A stretch of 64,000 nt of DNA from a virus. The notes beneath the pieces were generated by a model. The model made no database searches, was not told the DNA's origin, and saw only the letters and a list, made by a program, of their open reading frames with translations. This document shows, in pieces, positions 57,087 through 64,000 of the stretch (the stretch's first letter is position 1; each line of letters begins with the position of its first letter). Position numbers and translations under genes: made by a program. The stretch is taken from IMG/VR virus record IMGVR_UViG_3300030329_005813, positions 32,001-96,000 of that record. The stretch is one strand, 5' to 3'.

Positions 57087-58670
57087 TTACCCTTTTAAAA
57101 GCCAAACAAAATCGCCGTATTGTTTTTTAATGTTTCTCTGCTCATTGGTCAATCCTTGATGCACCACTTTGGCGCCTGGATTGTTTGTTTGAAATGTTTT
57201 GTTTTCTATCATCATTGAGTTAACCATTGCTTTTTTGTATTCTACGTCTCTTTGATTGGCTGTAAGTGCCGTGTCCCGTACCCAACAAGCTATAGCCAAG
57301 GCCATAATTAAGTCATCGTGGTATGATCTCATAGCTTGCGCTTTGTTATTATACCATATAAAAGTTTTAAACTCGTTGATAACCCTTGAAGAATATATAT
57401 TAATTAGTTTATTACGAATGAATTCTTCCAACTTAGCAATAATTAAAGGTCTAGTTTTGGTTGAAGTTGTAAAGCCGGGGACTGAATTTGATATTGATTC
57501 GGCCTGAACTTGCTCAATATATTCGTGAGTACCTTTTACAGAGTAGTATAAATTAGGATATTGCCTTTCTATTAACTTTTCTAAAATAGAAATTCCTAAA
57601 CTATTATTTTCGACAACTGCCAAGCAGCCGCCGTACTCTCTTCCTGTGCTGTCAATAGTTGAAGCAAACTGCTCTAAAGTTGGCTTCCCTTGGTATTCTA
57701 CTGCAATTTCCATAGTATTTAGATTTATAAGATGAAATACTGAAAAATCTGACCCATCGCCTCGGGCAACGTCAGCAACTAAAAAATATGTACACGATTC
57801 GTTATACTGTTCCCATATCCACAAATTTCTATCAAAGCCGGTTCTATATAGTGGATCCTTAATACTAGACACCAAATACTCTAAATCTTCAGAGTGGATG
57901 ACCGTTTCACCAGACGAGTTAAAGTTGCACTCAAGCTCTTGTGCTATTTGTCGGCGAGACATATTTTTGGTTTCTTTTTCAAACCATTCTATATCTCTCT
58001 CTGGATGCACATCCCAAGGCAAGTTAACTGGATGGAAGTCATTTGTCTGTTGTTCGGCTTCGATATATGTTTTATGAAACCAGTTTCCAACGCCGTTTGG
58101 TGTTGATAAGGCAATACAGCGACCACCAGTTGACAATGTAGGATACAGGCCGGTCCATAGCTCTTCAAGGCCATCAACGTGGGCGGCCTCATCGATAACC
58201 AATAAAGACAACGCTTCAGAACGACCAGCATCACCGGATGTTGAAGCGGCCTTAACCTCAGAGCCATTTGTTAAAACAAATGAAGTTCTATTGTCAATTT
58301 TAATCTCTGCGATTCTTAGCCAAGGAGGAACATTTTGCATAATGTTCTTTACTTTCTTGACTAAGTTAGCCGCTGTCTGAAACTTTGTCGCTATAACTAA
58401 AACGTTCTTGTCACGATGAAACAGCATTAGCCAGACAATATAGGCAGCTGTAATAGTAGAAATACCTAATTGTCTAGCTTTTAATATAACAGTAAAGCGA
58501 TAATCATTAAAATCATCCAGGAGGTCATCTTGATACGGATACGTCTTGAATGAAATTAAGCCCGAAAGAGGGTGCGAGATTTTTGTATAGTTGTTAATGA
58601 AGTAAGAAGGATCTTTACCGCATTTAACAATTTCCTTAATTGCTTCTTTTTTGGTGAGATGTCGGGACAT
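57087..58670 (-). CDS. Terminase large subunit (gp17-like)
   Basis: KC..DP.YF, KARQLGIST, LVIDEAA, STPNG, QE.EC.F, DVARG.G.D.S, HDDL.MA. Confidence 0.96.
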   Translation of the reverse strand: MSRHLTKKEAIKEIVKCGKDPSYFINNYTKISHPLSGLISFKTYPYQDDLLDDFNDYRFTVILKARQLGISTITAAYIVWLMLFHRDKNVLVIATKFQTAANLVKKVKNIMQNVPPWLRIAEIKIDNRTSFVLTNGSEVKAASTSGDAGRSEALSLLVIDEAAHVDGLEELWTGLYPTLSTGGRCIALSTPNGVGNWFHKTYIEAEQQTNDFHPVNLPWDVHPERDIEWFEKETKNMSRRQIAQELECNFNSSGETVIHSEDLEYLVSSIKDPLYRTGFDRNLWIWEQYNESCTYFLVADVARGDGSDFSVFHLINLNTMEIAVEYQGKPTLEQFASTIDSTGREYGGCLAVVENNSLGISILEKLIERQYPNLYYSVKGTHEYIEQVQAESISNSVPGFTTSTKTRPLIIAKLEEFIRNKLINIYSSRVINEFKTFIWYNNKAQAMRSYHDDLIMALAIACWVRDTALTANQRDVEYKKAMVNSMMIENKTFQTNNPGAKVVHQGLTNEQRNIKKQYGDFVWLLKG

Positions 58671-59203
58671 TATTCCTTGCGCTTATCGTTATCTGGTCTA
58701 GAGCCCCAACCTCCCTGTCCTAAGAAGTCTTTAAACTTAGCATCAACACTATCTTTGCTGTCGCCGGCAATAACTTCAGTATCAGTGTCCACGCCACCAA
58801 TATCATAATAGCATTTGGCTTGGACGAATACTCTTACCTTGGATGTATTTTGAACAATGGCGTCCACCTCGCCGGTCTTCTTAAGAGAAAGAGCACTGCC
58901 GGTTACTTTCTTATATTCCTTTTTGATAAAAGAAGCAACACTTTCTATCATCTGCTCCAAGTCACTTTCGAAGCCGTTAGCATAAACATCTTTAAGCTTA
59001 ATCTCTGAGTGGTAGTGGATGCACAGTTGGGGACCGTGAAACGAAATTTTAAATCCGTCCATCACGCGTGAGTCTGTTATAGGGTTACCTTCTTCTCTTT
59101 TGAGGCCAACTTTAATTGGCTCCCCCTTATCATCCAAAGCTCCGTCATAGCTATTAGCCATAACTTGTGAAATGCCTCTAACGATCTCTAGTGTGGTTGC
59201 CAT
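58670..59203 (-). CDS. Hypothetical protein
   Basis: 177-aa coupled ORF. Confidence 0.6.
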   Translation of the reverse strand: MATTLEIVRGISQVMANSYDGALDDKGEPIKVGLKREEGNPITDSRVMDGFKISFHGPQLCIHYHSEIKLKDVYANGFESDLEQMIESVASFIKKEYKKVTGSALSLKKTGEVDAIVQNTSKVRVFVQAKCYYDIGGVDTDTEVIAGDSKDSVDAKFKDFLGQGGWGSRPDNDKRKE

Positions 59204-59605
59204 TTATTTATCTCCTGCTTGTTCAGGACGCCAGCCTGATCTCCAGCGCTCTTTACGTCCCTCGACCCATTGAATGTAGCAATTATAACAACAATCAAAT
59301 TTTTTCATATAAATATCATCCTTTAAATCAAAAGAATAAGTTTTACATACGGGACAAGTTCTGTTTACATCTTCTCTAGTAAGTAGTTTTTTAGGTATTA
59401 AAACACCATTAACTTCTATTTTCTCATTCATTTCATCCAATGAATCTTGTTTTTTATATAATTTTTGGATTTGTTCTTGATAAATTGCTTCTTTTTCATC
59501 GTTCCAAGACCCTCTTGGATTAGTTATCGTCTCTTCACCATACTTTTCAGATATAGCTTTTTCTAGTTTAGCGACGTAATTTGGATCTTTATATTTTTTT
59601 ACCAT
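59204..59605 (-). CDS. Hypothetical Zn-binding protein
   Basis: CPVC...CCYNC. Confidence 0.6.
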   Translation of the reverse strand: MVKKYKDPNYVAKLEKAISEKYGEETITNPRGSWNDEKEAIYQEQIQKLYKKQDSLDEMNEKIEVNGVLIPKKLLTREDVNRTCPVCKTYSFDLKDDIYMKKFDCCYNCYIQWVEGRKERWRSGWRPEQAGDK

Positions 59606-59607
59606 AG

Positions 59608-60051
59608 CTAGTCCACTACTTGTTTAATTGCATATGCTCCAGCAAAACCTAGAGCAATACCCCCAACAACACTAGCTACTATCACGACTGGCATATTAAC
59701 TTTACGATCTTTTTTAATTATCTTTCTTAGATCTTCAAGCTCTTTATCTCGCGTGTCTACCTCAACTCGATGACGTGCCAATGTCTCTTCAAGGGATATC
59801 CGTAAATTTTGTAATTCTAAGTCATAATCTAAAGTAAGTTTTTCTTTTTCAAAGTCACACTTATGTGATAGCTCCTGGGCTAAAAATTCTTTCCAGGTTA
59901 AAAGTTTTGCCGTGGCCACGTCATCAAAACAAGTTGCTTCGAATGGAACTTGGCCTCCCTTTGGTACCAGCGTAAAACGACCATCTTGGCCATTAGCAAC
60001 TGGACATATAATAAAACTTAAAACTAATAATTTAGTGATTTTACTTAACAT
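59608..60051 (-). CDS. Exported coiled-coil protein with C-terminal TM (spanin-like?)
   Basis: Signal peptide from MLSKITK, coiled coil, C-terminal hydrophobic helix; overlaps the upstream gene. Confidence 0.45.
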   Translation of the reverse strand: MLSKITKLLVLSFIICPVANGQDGRFTLVPKGGQVPFEATCFDDVATAKLLTWKEFLAQELSHKCDFEKEKLTLDYDLELQNLRISLEETLARHRVEVDTRDKELEDLRKIIKKDRKVNMPVVIVASVVGGIALGFAGAYAIKQVVD

Positions 60052-60418
60052 GCTGAAACCCAAACTCTTCTTCGATCCTACCAATAAGTCTTTTTGGATT
60101 TTCTGTTCGAAGAATAACCAACTCATCGACGCGTTCTTGCTTAAGGATTTCTACATTTTGCTTGTATTCTTCGTATTCTTCTTCAAGAATTTTAAGCTTT
60201 TCCTGATACTCTTGCAGGGCTAGATTTTTTCTTTGCGTTTCACGGGCGTGGCTTTCATTTAACAACCTAATTCTATCCTCATAGCTTTTTACGGACGCGT
60301 CATATGCTTTAACAAGAGACCCGTGATCCTGCCACCAAAAAAAGCTAACTACAAATAGCAAAACAGCTAATGCAACTTCTTTCCAGTGTTTAATTAAAAA
60401 AGCTAAAACGGCTTCCAT
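60041..60418 (-). CDS. i-spanin (Rz)-like protein
   Basis: N-terminal TM plus long coiled coil, following the holin-like gene. Confidence 0.5.
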   Translation of the reverse strand: MEAVLAFLIKHWKEVALAVLLFVVSFFWWQDHGSLVKAYDASVKSYEDRIRLLNESHARETQRKNLALQEYQEKLKILEEEYEEYKQNVEILKQERVDELVILRTENPKRLIGRIEEEFGFQHVK

Positions 60419-60609
60419 TAAGCACCCTTCAACTTAACAATAGCGTCTATAACAGATTGGCCACCTATATACAAAGCTGAGATCATTACCCAGTCGGCGC
60501 TATCAAGAAATCCTAGTCCGGCTAGTGCTGTCGCAGTTGCCCACACAAGAAGCTTGCGTGAAACAAGCTTTTCCATACCTTTATCTAATAATGCTTTTGC
60601 CATAGTCAC
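60418..60609 (-). CDS. Holin-like two-TM protein
   Basis: SRKLLV, two TM helices, YIGGQS.ID, MTM possible dual start; late motif at about 60626. Confidence 0.6.
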   Translation of the reverse strand: MTMAKALLDKGMEKLVSRKLLVWATATALAGLGFLDSADWVMISALYIGGQSVIDAIVKLKGA

Positions 60610-60632
60610 ATTACCTCCAATACTATAAATAG

Positions 60633-63600
60633 TTATTGGTTTATAAAAGCATAACCCTCTTTCTTTGAAATGTCAAGAGTAGTATCTACAACATCTTTCA
60701 AAGAATCTAGATGTGAAATAAGAAGGATCGTCTTAAAATATCCCTTAATCATATCTAATAGTTGTGTAAATGCTTGCAAGTGTTCTTCATCCAGTGCAGT
60801 CCCTGGCTCGTCCAAAACCATTATATCACTGGCTGGCAGATTAGATACCGCCAGGAATGCAAGTCGAATCGCCATGGCAGCCATTGTTTTTTCTGCTCCG
60901 GATGCCATAGATAGTGGACGTGGATCATATTCAGGGTGTTTAATAAAGATGTCTAGCCTATTTCCATTCTCTTCAAAGAAGACCTCAAAGGTTGTCAGGT
61001 TAGACAGCACTTTCGCAATCTCTTGATTGATAACTGGCAATTTCTTTTTAATCACATCATAAGCAATACCGTTAGGATGCATACAACGCATATAAAGGTC
61101 GTAGGCTGCAAACTGCTCACGAAGCTCAATGTATTCGTTTTTTTGTTCTTTAATATTTAAAACTTTCTGTTCCAGTGAGCCAACCATCCTGTGGTACTTT
61201 ATAATTTTTTCTTGGCACTTTGTAAAAGATCTCTGAATGGTTTTAAGTTTACTATCTAGCTCACCTTTCTTTGCTAACAAAACTTCAAGATTTTCAATAG
61301 CTTCTTTATTGTCTTCATAAGCTGTTTCTTTGGCCCTAAGAGTTTCTAGTTCGCCAGTTAGACGATTAATGGTATTTTTGTTACGGGCAATTTGAAGCTC
61401 GGTTGCTGTGACCGTCCTAGTGGTTTCATCTTTCTTTTCTATTAGGGACTTATACTTGCGAATGTTTTCTGCCACTACATCCGAGTCCAATGCGGTTCTT
61501 TCCTGCTTCTTTTCTTCTAGCAGCTTTTCTAGTGTGGGAAGATGAGCAAGCGCTTTTTCTGCTTCGTGGAGACACTTGCACCCCTTAATAAAACCCGGGT
61601 CGTCAAGAGTATCAATTTTCTTTTGAATCTCATACATCCCGCGCTCAAAAGTTTCCACATCTTCTTGTATATCAACATACTTGTCCCACTTATTATTAAG
61701 TTCCGCAATGTCGTAATTTTCAAGGAACTCATCAATCTTTACAACAAGCGACTTTTTGTCTTTTAACTCTTTTTTATCTTCAGATAGCTTTGCTTGTGCT
61801 GTAGTTAAAACACTTTGTTTTAAACTAATGTTTGATTTAACTTGTGCAATGTCGATAACTTCTGCTGGAATGGATTCAATTTTCGTTTCGATTTCGGCGA
61901 TCTCGGCAGTTAACTTTTCTATTTTAATCTTTAAGTCTTCACAAGCATCCTTTTGCTCTTCCAAACTTTGTTCACACTCGGCGTGTTCTTCTTCGGCCTG
62001 TTCAATTTCTACATCATATTCTATGCCTTCAAGGCGCTTAAGTGCGCCTTTTGTGTCGGCAGCATCTTCTTTTGCTAGCTTAAACTTCTTTTCAAAGATT
62101 TCCAAATCAAGAAACTTTGCAAGAATTTCTTTTCTTTTTGTGCTTCCTTCGCGAATAAATGAGAGGCTATCTAGCTGACTAGACATACTTGTAAGAAGAA
62201 AATCCTCGATTGTTCCAAACACTTTTCTAATATTCTTATCAGTATCATTCCTTGTTAAACCATTTAGGCTTATCTTTTCTCCGCTTTTATCGATCTTAAA
62301 AAATTCTAAATCGGTCTTAGCTTCAAGAGTTTCCTCTCCTTTTAGCCGGCGAACATATTTTGTTGAACTTCTTCTAATGTAATATTGGTCTTCTCCAATG
62401 GAGATTACCAGTTCCCCCGTTCCCTCTTCTCTATTCTGATTAATGATGTTGACATTTTTTCTTTCATTCTTAGAGGTAGTGTTAAAAATAGTAAAGAGCA
62501 GAGAGTCAATAATAGAAGATTTGCCTGAATAGTTTTTACCGAATATTCCAACTGTTCCATTTAGGCTGGAAAAATCAATGCGATTGCCCTCGCCATAATT
62601 AAATAAGTTGTCCCAACAGAGTTCTTTAACGTTCCATTTAATGTTTCTGGAGATCTCTTCGTTTTCTTCGGCTTTCTTGATATAAAGCGAATTCAAATCC
62701 AAGACTTTTTTCATTAAAGGTTCTTCGACTTGAAAATCTGTTAAGTACTCGCGTATTAATTCTTCTTGGATTGCCGGATCTCTCATATCATCCTGGCTAA
62801 TACCATCGGTAAAGTCTTTTACATTTCCTCTTTCGCCGGCTGCACGGTTAAGAAAGGAAATAGTATCAGGCTTGAAACGATGACGTGCGACTTCTTTTGC
62901 CTTACGCATCGCTTCAAGAGACAGATTATTGTTAGACACTAATCGTAACCGTGAACCCTTTTTCACAGTCAAGCCTTTGGGCATACGCCCGGTGGGGGTT
63001 AGATTTATAGTTATAAAAGGCTTGGGGTTAGGGATTACAATGTGCTCACAAGTAAAGTCATCTTTACCCTGGATATTCCATAGTAAAAATCCTTTGTCGT
63101 CCGTCTCTCCAAAGTTTTGTTGAACTGTGGAGCCTGGATACCGAACTTTTCCTTCATCATCTAACTTTTGGTTTGTTTTGTGAATGTCACCAAGAAATGC
63201 ATAATCAAACCCCTCAAAAATCTCAATGGGATGATCTCCGTGAGTCATTACCCAGCCCGTGTCAGTTTTAACACCGGATACGGATCCGTGGTAAAGAGCA
63301 ATATTAATCTTGTTTGAATCTGTTGGCTTGGTCCAGTTATCTTCATCGAATACAGAAAGCACATTAAGTGCTAACTTGTTGTCAATGATAACTTCCCCGG
63401 CATTCTTTAGCAGATGAAGATTAGAATGATTAAGCGCTTTTGCTATAGGAGTAATTGCATCCTGCCTATGCTCGTTCTTAAGGTTTCCATCGTGGTTCCC
63501 AAGAATAATATAGGTAGGTGCAATATCCGCTAAGTTTTTTAAAAATGAAGTTGCTAGATCAAAGTATTCAGGAGAAAGTTGTGTTTTTGTATGCGCTAAA

Positions 63601-63731
63601 TCACCACAATGAACAATACAATCAACTTTTTCTTTTCTTAACCTATCATAAATCTGATCGAAAATTGCTCGATACTCTTTATGATACTTATAGTTGCGAA
63701 TATGAGTATCCGCAAGATGTGCTATTTTCAA
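60633..63731 (-). CDS. Fused SbcD-SbcC (Mre11-Rad50; gp47-gp46) nuclease-ATPase
   Basis: N-terminal ADTH/CGD/GNHD/GDIH/YPGS phosphoesterase, then Walker A GKNYSGKS, coiled coil, SGAE signature and LDEP, in one ORF. Confidence 0.93.
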   Translation of the reverse strand: MKIAHLADTHIRNYKYHKEYRAIFDQIYDRLRKEKVDCIVHCGDLAHTKTQLSPEYFDLATSFLKNLADIAPTYIILGNHDGNLKNEHRQDAITPIAKALNHSNLHLLKNAGEVIIDNKLALNVLSVFDEDNWTKPTDSNKINIALYHGSVSGVKTDTGWVMTHGDHPIEIFEGFDYAFLGDIHKTNQKLDDEGKVRYPGSTVQQNFGETDDKGFLLWNIQGKDDFTCEHIVIPNPKPFITINLTPTGRMPKGLTVKKGSRLRLVSNNNLSLEAMRKAKEVARHRFKPDTISFLNRAAGERGNVKDFTDGISQDDMRDPAIQEELIREYLTDFQVEEPLMKKVLDLNSLYIKKAEENEEISRNIKWNVKELCWDNLFNYGEGNRIDFSSLNGTVGIFGKNYSGKSSIIDSLLFTIFNTTSKNERKNVNIINQNREEGTGELVISIGEDQYYIRRSSTKYVRRLKGEETLEAKTDLEFFKIDKSGEKISLNGLTRNDTDKNIRKVFGTIEDFLLTSMSSQLDSLSFIREGSTKRKEILAKFLDLEIFEKKFKLAKEDAADTKGALKRLEGIEYDVEIEQAEEEHAECEQSLEEQKDACEDLKIKIEKLTAEIAEIETKIESIPAEVIDIAQVKSNISLKQSVLTTAQAKLSEDKKELKDKKSLVVKIDEFLENYDIAELNNKWDKYVDIQEDVETFERGMYEIQKKIDTLDDPGFIKGCKCLHEAEKALAHLPTLEKLLEEKKQERTALDSDVVAENIRKYKSLIEKKDETTRTVTATELQIARNKNTINRLTGELETLRAKETAYEDNKEAIENLEVLLAKKGELDSKLKTIQRSFTKCQEKIIKYHRMVGSLEQKVLNIKEQKNEYIELREQFAAYDLYMRCMHPNGIAYDVIKKKLPVINQEIAKVLSNLTTFEVFFEENGNRLDIFIKHPEYDPRPLSMASGAEKTMAAMAIRLAFLAVSNLPASDIMVLDEPGTALDEEHLQAFTQLLDMIKGYFKTILLISHLDSLKDVVDTTLDISKKEGYAFINQ

Positions 63732-63756
63732 GTTAACCCCTACTTGAATATATTAT

Positions 63757-63785
63757 AATATAGCATATATTTAATAGCTTGTCAA
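63757..63785 (-). promoter_or_regulatory. Sigma70-type promoter
   Basis: TTGACA-17 bp-TATATT with a TG extension. Confidence 0.75.
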
Positions 63786-63788
63786 GTA

Positions 63789-64000
63789 TTATTTGCCAGC
63801 TTTGTGCTCTTCGGCTGCTTGAACGGCGACTGCCTTAACTTCGGCCGGATCCTTTAGGCCCACTGCTCTTTTAAGGGCGGCTAATGTAATTGTGCCCAAA
63901 ACAACCGGCGTAAAGTTATAAGCTAATTGTCCTAGGGCCTGAAGGATAATACCTAATTTTTCTGCATCTGTCATCAAATCTACGTCAACCTCTTGAATGC
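63789..64000 (-). CDS. Hypothetical protein, 3' part (start probably beyond the window)
   Basis: Open frame reaching the right edge. Confidence 0.45.
   Translation of the reverse strand, partial: IQEVDVDLMTDAEKLGIILQALGQLAYNFTPVVLGTITLAALKRAVGLKDPAEVKAVAVQAAEEHKAGK

Noticed and set aside
37337-60633. Canonical T4 late promoters TATAAATA driving + strand transcription
   Set aside because: There are no + strand genes downstream. Variants and position relative to minus-strand starts fit a coding-strand ACTANTTA motif better.
1190-63736. Numerous + strand ORFs (e.g. 24541-24801, 24918-25538, 46169-46945)
   Set aside because: They are antisense shadows of well-supported minus-strand genes, with no recognisable motifs.
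1-64000. Stop-codon reassignment, tRNA genes, reverse transcriptase/DGR, integrase
   Set aside because: Core genes are full length under code 11 and use all three stops. No tRNA, RT or recombinase motif was recognised by eye; a tRNAscan run would be needed to exclude tRNAs.

Overview
A 64-kb segment of a large, contractile-tailed (T4-like morphogenesis) dsDNA bacteriophage. Essentially all real genes lie on the minus strand and use the standard genetic code. The right half (about 27.6-60.6 kb) is the virion module: lysis-like trio, terminase, portal, prohead protease, fibre/decoration genes, ribosomal protein bS21, scaffold, major capsid protein, neck, sheath, tube, tail chaperone, tape measure and baseplate. 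Its genes are preceded by a recurring coding-strand motif ACTA(T/C/A)TTA, a probable late promoter. The left half, plus the fused SbcCD gene at the right end, is a replication/metabolism module under sigma70-type promoters. It holds DnaE, a small PolA-like polymerase, a tubulin/FtsZ-like protein, SSB, UvsX/RecA, helicase, RNase H, class II RNR, ThyX, dUTPase, PurA, GuaB, glutamine synthetase II, isocitrate lyase, a SET-domain protein and GroES. The most unusual observations are: (1) an array of unrelated mini-genes downstream of thyX joined by seven copies of a 16-nt RBS/stop/start repeat (GGAGAGCGAAGAATGA) that decays with distance from thyX, resembling a gene-cassette array; (2) a candidate purine-supply metabolic set (AceA, GSII, PurA, GuaB); (3) a start-less ORF reachable by a +1/-2 frameshift in the tail chaperone gene; (4) late promoters nested inside inverted repeats, one of which sequesters the RBS of an endonuclease gene; (5) a covarying repeated RNA hairpin near ssb; (6) a duplicated MKITK-QL-QIIKEEL leader module resembling a capsid-targeting signal. 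All calls come from motif recognition only; no database searches were run.
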